From contig OZ024762.1 of assembly GCA_964016885.1 (NCBI GenBank), forward strand, positions 6,076,001 through 6,140,000: a DNA stretch of 64,000 bases, written 5' to 3'. The stretch comes from Eledone cirrhosa (Eukaryota). This document shows, piece by piece, positions 36,256 through 48,035 of the stretch. Every line of letters starts with the position of its first letter. Within the stretch, counting starts at the first letter, position 1. The notes below the pieces were generated by a model that saw nothing but the letters and a program-made list of their open reading frames with translations, was not told where the DNA came from and made no database searches. Position numbers and translations under genes: made by a program.

Positions 36256-38710
36256 AGTAAAAAGATGAGATAAGACATAAGTTTCCATACCTTCTGTGTT
36301 TGTTGCCAAAGTGAGTTCAATGTGAGATGAAGAAAAGTTACAAATGCACGAAGTCATTTCTCAGAACTGGTGGAGTCAATTAGTCAGTAGCTACAAAGAC
36401 AGAAGCAATCAATATTTTATCATATTGAACAGTGAACCCTTGTGACTGTATTTCTAATAAAATACACTCTGTTTCAGTTATATCAACAAAGAAATTTGAA
36501 GGATTTACTAAAATTATTAATTATTTCATTACTAATAGAGCAACTTAACATATAGTTCTTATATAAAATTATGTTTGAAGATTTTAATTTAAATATGGGT
36601 GGTTTTGTTTCATAGAACCAGTGTTGGTTTTAGCCAGGTTGGTATCAAAAGTGAGGTTTATATACTCTTATCATATAAAACTCATGTGAGATGTATACTT
36701 CAGTTTTATAGTATACATGTAAATGTTATCATATAAAACTATGTAAAATGAAATAATAGGGATATTAGACACAGAGACATGGGCTTGACTGAGTCTCTAA
36801 GTGAGATTGAGTCAATTAGCAGTGTACACAAGTCCTCTTTGCCCAGTTATTCCTGAGGGTCGTGAGGGCAGAGTCCTCAAGCATGCCTTACAGCTCTAAT
36901 CAATCTTAAAAGAACATGCATAAATAAATTTACTAACAGTGCAATAAAGCACATGCTAGACACACAAATACATAAACCTCTCCTCTCCAGCAACAACACT
37001 ATCAAGGAAGCACCTATGTGGTTACTGAACCTGCTAAAAGTAACAGTCAGATTTCACTGAACCCCCCCCACCCCCCACCCACACACACACACTTGTCATC
37101 ACCCCTGACTGACATCTATTATCCATGATTGCGTAGCTTAGACAAGCTGTCTCATTCTGAGGTTAGATGGGTCAGATGACTGTCTTACTCATAAATTCCA
37201 TTTTGGCAAGGTTTCTATGGCTAGATACCCCTTCTAATGCCAACTACTTCACAGCATGTCGGAAGACTGGATGCTTTTTTTATGTTACCAGCATTAACAC
37301 TTTACAGAGTGGGCTGGGTGCATTTTATCATGGCACTAAGCCCTACCACTTTACAGAATGAGCTCAGTGCATTTTATCGTGACACGAGCACTACCACCGC
37401 TCTACATTTTATCGTGGTACTAGCCCTACTACTTTCCAGTGTAAGCTATCTTAGCCCTTTTGATATCGAGCCAGCTAAACCTGGCTATGGTTCTCTAAAG
37501 CAAAACTTAGCAATTTTAAAGTGTTCCAATTTGAATTTAAATATTCTAACCATTTTATATAAGGATCATCTTAGTAATGAAATATTTAATAATTTTAGTA
37601 AATCCGTCAATATATTTCACTAATTGAAATAGTGTGTACTTAATTAAAGATAGTCATGAAAGGGTTTTAAAAAATGGGATAGGATACCCTGAATAATGTA
37701 GTATGGGATACTGTCTGGACAAAAATGGGGAAATGGTTAGAATTAACATATCTTTGGATCCATCCTGATTTGTGGCTAAATAATAACAATTACTATGATA
37801 ACACACCACAACGCAACCTACATCTGACCCAAATCACATACTTATAAAGCAATTCACAAAATACCAAACTACATCAAACCGTCACATTATAATTTAGTAA
37901 GTAGACAACCAAACACCCAAAGAGATGCCATTCTCAGGTTGAGGAGGCAAAGGGAAGTAATTCTTCCATACTATACGAACTGTTCTGTCCGCAGTGGCAA
38001 GCTCTCCAGACAGGATGACCTATCTGTTGGGAAAAAAGTAAATTTCTAATCTTGGACGCCACGTTGATTCGTCCACAAACTCAAACACGGCCACCTGAAA
38101 ATCAGAGGAGAGGAAAATAGCCACGTACCGGGACTTAACAGACTACTTTCTTTTCGTTTCAGTCGCCGACCTTGGGTGTTCTCAGTCCCGGAATTGCTTG
38201 CCGTTTTCCTCCGTAAAATTATGAGGACAATAGCCCACTTGAGGAATAAACCCTGTGAAGTGGCTGATGCAGCGGATGTCGCTGGCTGTCCTCTACGTCA
38301 ATGCCTTCGCCATTTTGTTGAGATATACATTCTTTTTTGTATATGCAAACATTATAGAATCTGATTAGAATTTGTTGAATAAAGTTATCCAAGAGAGGTA
38401 TATTGCTATTCTCGGACTCATCATCATCGTCAGATGGTGAGTACTGGACTAATATTAGTGATATGAGACAGCAAATCAGAAATTATAAAACGTATATAAC
38501 ATTGGAGTTGCAAAAAAGAAACACTAACAATGATGAGTTGCCTCCCCTGTTGGTATTCAGTATTCCAGAAAATATTTTGCACACACACACATGTAGCCAA
38601 TGATTGTATAACCAACCATTTTTTTTTTTTTTTTTTAAATCTGCATTAAATATGTTAATGTCAATAGCTCATACTGTTATATATATACACACACACAGAC
38701 ACACACACAA

Positions 38711-38753
<43 letters not shown>

Positions 38754-39043
38754 TATGGTGGAGATTGGACTTGAACGATTTACGGCGCTAGACACAATCA
38801 CACTTGCGGTGATCGCATTATCTAGTTGTTTACATAGCAACGTGAACCGTCATTTCCTGAATCTCCCACTAAAAAAAAGAGGAGAAAAAAATATAATTTC
38901 CCCAACTCAATGACGTTATACACAGATATAATTACACGTCTGGTAGGAACGATTACGTCATACACATTCCTCTACAATAACTAATAGGAAACATATGTAA
39001 ACTTAACGACAATGATACGCATTAGATTATTACAAAAAACATG

Positions 39044-39545
39044 ACTTTGCCTTTCATCCTTACGGGGTCGATAAAATAAAGTACCAGTAATGCACTAGTT
39101 ATTTGCTGGCCTTGTGCCTAAAGTAGAAACAATTATTAACATTATGATTGGCAGCATATAGTCACGGCCCTTTACGGTCTGAGTTCAAATCCCGCTTAGG
39201 ATACGGGGTCGATAAAATAAAGTACCAGTAATGTACTGGGGTAATTGCTGGCCTTTTGCCAAAAGTAGAAACAATTATTAACATTAAAAGACCTAAAGAT
39301 TAAGTAGGTTACCAGTGTCCATAATACATGGAGTTAGTTGGAAATCATTTGGTTATTCTAAATAGAATATAACAATAATAATAATTGCTTCTACTTTTGG
39401 CACAAGGCCAGCAATTAACCCCAGTGCATTACTGGTACTTTGTTTATCAACCCCGTAAGGATGAAAGGCAAAGTTAACCTCGGCGGGATTTTGAACTCAG
39501 ACCGTAAACGGCCGTAACTCTATGCAGCAAAGCATGGCGTAGACC
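39044..39545. mobile_element. Cluster of SINE family A copies (two on +, one on -)
   Basis: Core TTTGCCTTTCATCCTTACGGGGTCGATAAAATAAAGTACCAG on + at 39044-39280 and its reverse complement at 39380-39545. Confidence 0.85.
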
Positions 39546-39559
39546 AATGGTAAACATAT

Positions 39560-41730
39560 GCATACACCAGGTCCGAACACAGAGGAGCCGAACTCCCACT
39601 ATCATCGCCTCCATCTCTCACTATTATGAATAAATGGGGTCCCACGCGCTGGCCGCCCCACGACCCCGTCGGACAGAATAGAGAAGGCGTTACCCCGGAG
39701 GATGGTAAGGGAGATCGCGAGGCTCACACCTGCGGCTCGCCAGCTCAGCGCCTATGATGGTAAGTAGGGAGGTAGCCCTAGGGCCAAGGACGCCAGGAGC
39801 CCGAAGTGCAGCAGAACCTGGGTTAGTCGCAGACTGCGCCAGGTTGCAGCTGGAGAATTTGTCGCTGCATGTGGCATCCCAGATGAGTGGTTTACCACCG
39901 CGGAACGGGAAGATGGTCGTGCCGTTTGTTTTTTTTCCGTCCCCTCGGTCCAGCCCCACCGGCTCGAGCTGGGAGGGGAAGTTTGCAGCGTCCAAGCCAT
40001 GATTTATATAGCATGGCGTGGAAGGCGGCCGGCACTGTTGCGACAGGAAAGCGCGTGGGAGACGAAATAGCCTACGGTGTATCCGAAGCGACATTTGTGT
40101 AGCTCGCAGGTCTGGAGGCCGAGCCTCAGGGAAACCCCGATGCGTATACTATCATTGTCCAGCTGCATGCCAGTAGAGGAGGGTAAGGCATAAAGCCAGG
40201 TACTGCTGTGGGGTTGCAAGGCCGCGCGGGAACTTGCAAGGCGGTACTGGTCGAGCTGGCGAGCTAGCCTGTCCGAGGCAGGGTTGCACTGGATAGCATT
40301 CCAAATACTCGGAGGGGAGACTTGGAGGAGAAGGAGAGTCTACTGGGCGGAGACAGGAGGAGAAGGAGAGTCTACTGGGCGGAGTCCAGGCCGGTTCCAC
40401 GTCTTGCAGGCGGCCTCACGTTCCTCGTTCACAGTGGGCTCCATTGTGTTTAAGAGAACCTTGTTGGTGAGGATGCGGCATGAGGTTATCGACAAAAGGA
40501 ATGCCGGCAAAGCTAGCGACACCGGAGGCCAAGGCCACCATATCTAACAGGTAAGGTGGCCTGTTGCCATCCAAGGTCAGATACAAGTGTCGAGGTCAAC
40601 AAGGAGAGATGAGTGGCTGTAGCAAGGAGCGCTACGAAGAGTACAGAGGAGCTTCGGCATGGCAAAGCAGTTCCTCAACAGGAAGAGTGCTGGATGTGTG
40701 TCAAATCATGCCCAGTCTGCTCATTGGGGGCTTGAGCTGCTGGAGCCTAGACCTGATGGTGGAGCGGATGGCCGGCGGGTGGATCGGTGACCTGAGGATG
40801 AGGACATCCTCTTTAGGAGTCACCTGTACATGGAAGAGAATAGAACGCATGCTCGAGGCAGAAGCTGCAAAGACCTCTGCACTGTGGTTGACATTCACCA
40901 CCTCCGACTTGGACGAGTAGACCACGAGGCCGATTCTCTTCAGAGCAGGAACCACCGTCTCCTCAAACCCGCCCAACGTGGCATCATCCAGGTACGAAAG
41001 GTTGAGAGGGGCCGTGATACTCTGAGCAATGTGGTCTATATCAAGAGCAAAGAGGAGGGAGCCCAAAGAGTCACCCTGTTAGACCCCAGTGGCTGAAGGT
41101 ATGACCGTGTCAGCAGCAAGGAGTAATGAGGTGCCTGGTGTCCCTGGATGCCGGTGGGCAGCTATTAAAGAACTGTCTGGCTGCATGTGCGGCCCCCACA
41201 CAACCACCGGATACACCGACTCTTAGTTACACCGGGCTGAGCTCCTTGCCCAGTTCAGGTGTGGTGGACCTGCAAACCACCTTAGCAGCCACCTCCGGAA
41301 GACATTGCCCACAGCGATGGGCGTACGCCACTCTCTTTCTTCCTGAGAGCGGCCAGGCTGGCCAAAAAAAGGCCTTGGGCTTGAGGGTCCAGGGCGCCAT
41401 GGATAAGCCTATTAGTGCGTGTCACAATTGTGCTCAAAAGGCGGCGCCAGGCCTCAGCGGAGAGGGGGGACAACAACTCCTAGAGGTGGCCAGGTCGGAG
41501 GCCACCAGCTGCTGCTGGCTGGGAAGAGCTTGATGGCAGACATGTCTGCGTCAGAGGCCACAAAGAGCAGATGAGGATCAGGTGGGGGGATGGGTCTGAG
41601 GTCGGCGGGCGGCTCAGGGTGCTTGTGCCACTGGGCAGCTAGGACCTCCTCTCGCTGAGGTAGAGGACAGTGTCTCCCGAGGCAACCACTCTGACTGCAG
41701 CCAAGACATCACCCTCGATTAGTTTAGCGT
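39560..41730 (-). mobile_element. Decayed CRE-like non-LTR retrotransposon (RT plus restriction-like endonuclease), copy A
   Basis: Motifs KKESGVRP, GDSLGSLLFAL, YLDDATLGG, zinc-knuckle remnant HKCR...HALSC, RHA, and LEPVGLDRGDGKK..G..IFPF..GKPLIWDATCSD. Many frameshifts. Confidence 0.85.
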
Positions 41731-42184
41731 TTACGCTGTGCTGGCCTCGGGGGTTGGAGGATTGAGATCACCTGAGAGCAGGGAGAAAAAATGGTTAAAT
41801 TTATAGAAATACAACCCTCAGGACGGTGGGAAATTGAGTTTTTCCCAGAGAATTTTTTTTTTATCCGTGTGTCTTCAGTGAATATGACCGTTGGAAAATG
41901 TTCATGTTTTTCAGTTAACCATATCTGACGACAAATAGCAGGAGTTGAGGGGGAGGCGAGGCTGTATATATATATAAGACAATATGCCCCCACCCCCTCC
42001 TACTGCAAAGTGGTCGTGGAAGTGCCACGGCAAAAAAGCACCCAACACTGACTGTAAATGAGGTTGGTGTTAGGGAGGGCATCCAGCTGTAGAAATCAAG
42101 CTTGAATCAGTTCCTGTATGAGCAAGACAAGATCAGCCGACCGGACACTGCGCATTGCGGACAAACCCCGATATTTGTTTCTTT

Positions 42185-42870
42185 TACGTTCATCTGCGAG
42201 GCGAGGTTTGTGGCCGAAGCGACTAAGTTGGAGGCGGAGAACGTGTCGCAGCAGGTGGCGTCCCAGATGAGGGATCTACCTCCTTCGAATGGGAAGAGGG
42301 TGATTCCGTCAGGGCGCTTGCCATCTCCGCGGTCTAAGCCTGCTGGCTCCAGTTGAGATGGAAACCGAGCTGCGTCCAGGCTTCTTCTCAATATGTCGTC
42401 GAGAGCGGCGTGTCGGGGGAACCGGCCTGTGCTCTGACGGCAAGACAGCGGGTGCAGGCCAAACTTGTCAACAACCGCCCCGCAGCGGCATTTATGTGGC
42501 TCACACACGTGGAGGCCAAGGTGTTGGGCTACTCCGATGCGAATGGACTCATCATCAAGTAGAGTACCGGTAGATGAGGAGCGCACCGAATTGAGCCCCC
42601 ACGCCGCTGGAGCGGAGGCAGGTGAGGCAGTGTTGGTTCAAGCCGGACTCGATCCGTCTGACAGAGGACCTGCAATTGATGTCGTCCCAGTTACGTTGGA
42701 CCGTGGGGGATAGAGAGGCCTTCGCCTGTTCCATCTCGGGGGTCAGGTCAGGTTTGGCCGTCTGGCTGAGAACCTCGCTGACGAGCACACATCAAGAGAA
42801 GATAGAGAAGAGATAGGCAGGTAAAGCTAAGTCCGAAGCTGATCGGAGGCTGAGGCCACCGAGCCATTCT
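42185..42870 (-). mobile_element. CRE-like retrotransposon fragment, copy B
   Basis: HKCRCGAVVDKFGLHPLSC (CCHC), RHAALDD, and LEPAGLDRGDGKRPDGITLFPFEGGRSLIWDATCCD. Confidence 0.88.
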
Positions 42871-43639
42871 TTAATTGTAATACAGTTTTCATTTACAGTA
42901 ATCATAATAATAATAATGCTTTCTTTATTAACCACAAGGGTTTACATAAAGTAGACATTAAGGACAGTACAGGACGGTACAAATGGGCATTTCTGCGTGT
43001 AAAAAAAACAGAGAATGTAATAAAAATAACAATGAAAAATTCCCCAATAGGGGAGAGACTTCCGAAGGACATTTGTGGAGAAAGCCCATTAAAAGGCCAC
43101 AGTGACCCTGACCACCAGGGCAAGTGCCCTCTCCCAGTTTTCCACCTTTAATTTAAAGACACATACTCAGAGTAGGCCCATACTTGCTTCTCTCACCCAT
43201 CTTTCAACAAAATGCTGAATAATAATAATAATAACAATGACAACAATAATAACAACAATAAAAAAGAAAAGGAAACAAAAGAAAAAAGAATAGAAAATAG
43301 AGAAAAAAGAGAAAAAGAAAAAAAAGAACGGGGGGGGGGGGCAAGAACTCTAGTGTCGTAGAAAAGAGGGGGGTTAAGGGGAGGGTGATTGGGCTTTGGG
43401 TCTAGAGCTTGAGGGTAGAAGGGCTGCGCCCCGCGGACAGGAACACGAAAGCATTTTATCAAATATAATTTAATTCTGGACATTTTCTTTTACTTCAAGT
43501 CAAATATGTGGGGGAAATGATTATTTGCAGTTCATGTATGTTCCGATATTTCCTTTTACAAATAAATCATTCGGAAAATTCATTTACAAATCAGATACCA
43601 TTAGTTTTTTATTTGTTTAGTATGAAAGTATTTTGAGGG

Positions 43640-43815
43640 TGGTGAAATGGCAGAATCGTTAGAGGCGTCGGACGAAATGCTTAGCAGTATTTGTTCTGGC
43701 TCTTTAAATTCTGAGTTCAAATCCCACCGAGGTCGATTAAATAAAGTAGCAGTCAAGTTATGGTGTCAGTTTAATCGACTTTCCTCTCCCATTCGTACCT
43801 TAATTAGAAAGCATT
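43640..43815 (+). mobile_element. tRNA-derived SINE family A
   Basis: TGGCAGAATCGTTAGAG A-box and GAGTTCAAATCCC B-box. Confidence 0.75.
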
Positions 43816-44098
43816 AATATTAAAGGTACTTTGGCAGTGCTATTTAATGCGACTTCCGGAAACTGGCTTCATTACATAGCGTCTACCTACAACGAACGAT
43901 TACAAAATGGGGGTGTATTCTCAGGTCCCGAATAATAGGGTGGTTCGACATTTGCTTAAATTCTTATAAGCGGAGGGGTGGGTTCTTGTAATATTCTTTT
44001 TTTTTTTTTATTTATAATGTTCATATATAATGTGTTTTTTAATGTAAAATAAAATAATTATTAGATTCTCCAGCTGCTACAATAAAATTTCATTATAT

Positions 44099-44146
44099 CA
44101 GGCTGAATGAGTTGGGGTGGATAACCCAACGAAACTTAAGTACCTG
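44099..44146 (+). ncRNA. Type I hammerhead motif with an 8-nt core (CTGAATGA)
   Basis: Stem I CAGG/CCTG, core CTGAATGA, stem II GTTGGG/CCCAAC, GAAA, palindromic stem III ACTTAAGT, triplet GTA. Confidence 0.7.
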
Positions 44147-44238
44147 TATATGTCACTATTGTAACTAATTATATATATATATATATATTATTCAAAATAT
44201 TAACAAATGAAAGATATTCACATAATCAAAATATATGC

Positions 44239-44300
44239 TTTATTATATATATTTCAAAGGTACTGTGTTTTTTTTTTTCAGTACGTCTTCATCAGATAAA
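44239..44300 (-). ncRNA. Type I hammerhead motif
   Basis: Minus strand reads TTTAT-CTGATGA-AGACGTACTG...CAGTACCTTT-GAAA-TATATAT-A-ATAAA. Confidence 0.7.
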
Positions 44301-44393
44301 ATATATGATTTGATATATGACAATTCCGGTATTGGAATTCTTGAATTACATAATCAAGACCGTAGCGGTATGTCATATATCAAATCATATATG

Positions 44394-44459
44394 TTATCTG
44401 ATGAAGAGGTACTGAAAAAAAAACAAAAAAACACAGTACCTTTGAAATATATATAATAA
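44394..44459 (+). ncRNA. Type I hammerhead motif
   Basis: Stem I TTAT/ATAA, core CTGATGA, 10-bp stem II AGAGGTACTG/CAGTACCTTT, GAAA, palindromic ATATATAT, triplet ATA. Confidence 0.75.
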
Positions 44460-45764
44460 AGCATATATTTTGATTATGTGAATATATTTCATTTGTTAAT
44501 ATTTTGAATAATATTAAAAACTCCAGGAAAAATTTTTCTGTTGAGTGCTTTTAATCGATTGTAAAATTGTATTCATTGAGTAATCAACGAACCATATTAA
44601 TCTTAGGTTATATATATATATTTATATTCAATGGGCAGTAACTCTTTACAATCCCTTACCTACACTTTCTCAAGTATCGAATAATTATTTTTCTCGTCTA
44701 CACACATATATAGATATATACATACACATATACATAAATAAATATATATATATATATATATATATGTGGTGTGTTACAAATCAGTTAAACGACGTTAGTT
44801 AAACATACCGATAAAATTATTCTAAGAAATAACAGGGAAAATATAATTCTTTTTTTTTTTTCTTTTTAATTCAATATAGCAAACATTCTGTTGTTTCTAC
44901 AGGGGTTATTTTGTAGTTTATTAATATCTAAATAATTTGTAAATTGTGGAAAAATTACTTATCGCCATAACATATATGCTTACAAAAAATAGACAGAGCT
45001 ACATATCTGGAAGGTAAGCTCGACTTGGCAGCGATATTTCCTCCATTATTATTATACTACACTTAGATATAGATAGAACACAATCTATAATGTAGTCCCA
45101 GACGTAGTGGATGGTCAGAACTTGAACGCCTTCGACCATAGATCAAGCTTATGAGAGTGAGCTGGGCCTCTCCTCTATGTCGTAGTTGGAACTGACAGAA
45201 TTAGCAACGAAATTCACAAGAAATTACAGTACAATTCTTACAATAAAGATAGGACACGTTGCATAATGTAGTCCTAGAGAGAGAAGACGATCGGCGAGAT
45301 CGTCACAACTAGAACGTATTCAACTATAGATCTATGATCTATCTGTTCAATTCAATCGGGCATGAAGAGAAGGAATGTGGCGGGGAGTTAAAATCGTTAG
45401 AGCGTCGCACAAATTGCCTTGCGATGTTTCATTGCTCTTCGTGTTTTAAGTTCAAATCCTACCGAGGTCAACTTTGTGCCTTTCCCTCCCCCTCCTCTCG
45501 CTCCCCGGGGGTGAGGTACATACATTAAAGTACACCAAATATCGTAATTTGATGGCATATAAGAACCCCGTTCCCACCCCCTACCTAAATGAGTAACATG
45601 AATTTCTTTCATTGGCTTAGATATTTCCGTATCGAAAATATTTTGTATGAAAACCATATATATTTATATATATATGTGTGTGTGCAAAAAGTAACCGATT
45701 TAAGTATTTTACATAATAATCATATATATATATACAAACAAATGTAACATTACATATGTTAGAA

Positions 45765-45904
45765 TTGTGTGCTTCTCAATAAATTAGCTCTATAAACAAT
45801 ATCAAGAGCATATATCTTCTACTTTTGGCTATATATATAGCCAAAAGTAGAAGATATATGCTCTTGATATTGTCTATAGAGCTAATTTATTGAGAAGCAC
45901 ACAA
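45765..45904. repeat. 140-bp palindrome with one mismatch and no spacer
   Basis: Centred on GGCTATAT|ATATAGCC at 45834/45835. Confidence 0.9.
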
Positions 45905-46432
45905 GCTTCCACTATATATATATATATATGAGAATATGCATCTAAAATACCGTAGTATATATGTTTGAACGTTTTACATAAACTCGTACGTAAAGTACTC
46001 AAATCAGACTGAAGGGGAACAGAAGGGCACTACAATTAAATAAGGTATTCAATACATTAGTAGAGAAAGAACATATTTATTTCATGTAGAAATGACTTTT
46101 ACAGAACTAGAACAGTTTCATTCGAATTATAGTCTTGTATAAATCATTTCTATATGAAATACATATATATATATATATATATATATGCTTGTATATGTAT
46201 ATACCTGATAATGGAATGGCGAAAGATCGATTCCCGCTTACCTCCTCATATTGCCGATACTGATACGGCTGAAAACAAAAAAGTAATCTAGTTTACGACG
46301 TCACGATTTACGACTATGGACATTTTGGTTTATGGTAAGACCAGCTGTCGTCATATTTAACCATTCACATTTTCTTTACTATTGAGATAAAAATAACAAA
46401 TTTATTCCTTCATTAACAAGCTCGGTCTTTTA

Positions 46433-46464
<32 letters not shown>

Positions 46465-46559
46465 AAGATCCCATGACTCCTTGTAGAGGCACCGTCATAC
46501 GGTGTGTCTAGGGCACTTTTAAACCTGGCGGAGCCCAACCCACTCCAGGTCTCTCCCTA

Positions 46560-48035
46560 TATATATATACATACAACCCCAACTGAAAACTTTTGGTATT
46601 CAATCTATTCACGGCTGTATAAAAAAGAAATATAATTATACAATGCTTACAAAAGGAAAGCACAAACAAAAAAGAAAGGAAATACACACAACTAGGACCA
46701 CATGCAAAAGGCAGGCGAAAGGGGTGGACAACCGAGCCGCTACCAGAGTAAAAGATAACAATATAGCGAGGAGCACTGGGAAACCTCTCTAATAATGTCT
46801 GAGGCAAGCCAGCACGTTCGCGGCGTTACCTCTGGTGATGGCTAGACTGATGCGCTGGAACAACCAAGCGCCATCAGGAGCATCACCAGTTACCTCAGTG
46901 AGGCGACCCGCCTGTGAAGATAGGGATCTCGCAGTCAGTAGCCCGACTCCCCCAAATGTCTCGAACGCCACAGACTAGAAAATGTAGTTGGCCGACAGAT
47001 CATGCTATTTTAGGGTTTTGTTCCGTTCGGCTGCGGAAGCTGTGACTCTTACCCAAACCGCAGCAGGGAAGAAGCAAAAGAGTCACTAACTATGACGTCC
47101 CAGATAAGGCACCTGCCTCTCAACCAGGGGCACAGGGTAAGGCCGTCGGGTCTTTTCCTATCAATTCTGGACAACCTAGACGGTTCCAAAATTGAAGGGG
47201 TGTATGCCCGTGCCAAAGTTCTCTTGAAAATGAGGCTTAGCTTCGTGTGACGCGCGAAACGACCGGCATTCCAGCGGCAAGAAAGATTGTGGGAGCCTGT
47301 GGAGTCGAGGAGTTTGCCACACCGACACCTCAGACCCGTACAGACGTCGGCTCCCACTCTGAGAGCAATGGAGACACGAGGTCGTCCAAGCTGAGTAAGT
47401 TACCAATGTTTACCAAGGGTTGGGCATCAAGCCAATGTCCTGAGTATTTGGCGCTGGCTGACAGTAAGCGCGCCTTGAAAACTGATCTGACTGGTCGAAG
47501 AGGGGGTTAAAGGTGGCCCTCGAACGTATGCTGCCCCAAGCTCTCTGACTTCGTCTGTCCTTGTCAAGAACAGACAAGCCCAACTCACTCCATCATACAA
47601 CTCCTTATTGTAACTGGTCCATGTTGGAGAGGAGAGGATGCTCCTCACCAGGGTGGAGGAAAAGAAGCAGGGGGAGAAAGAGGGATGAACACTTACGAAG
47701 ACCAATACCCCCAAATCGCTTGGGCAACGCAGCCTGATCACGGGATTCTGGAGAGAGTCTGACATTGACCAAGCACTCGAGTCTCTCGAAGATTAGGTCA
47801 TCGAAGTGTTGGAGGCTTGAGGGAAATATGTGAGAAGGGCTGAGCCTGAGCATATATAGAAGCTTAGGAATCGAAAGGTAGTTTCTGAGTATGAAAAACC
47901 CATGATGTGGTTCGATTGCCTCAATATTCTTCAACAATTGCTCAAGACCAACCTTCTTCGATTGGTAGATTTACTCAAAGGCAAGGTCTGTAATTGGAGC
48001 TCCGAGTTTCGCATTGTCGCTTTTCGGTACGGTTA
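46560..48035 (-). mobile_element. Decayed CRE-like retrotransposon, copy C (3' half, divergent family)
   Basis: Motifs LRNYLSIPKLLYMLR, LPKRFGGIGLR, CRCGKLLDSTGSHNLSC, RH, EPSRLSRIDRKRPDG..WD, AFETFG and LFQRISLAITRGNAA. The 3' end abuts (TA)n. Confidence 0.88.

Larger units (their letters stand above)
44185..44514. mobile_element. Fold-back cassette with a hammerhead in each arm
   Basis: Arms 44185-44322 and 44371-44514 are near-perfect reverse complements. A (TA)n tract lies immediately to the left. Confidence 0.8.
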
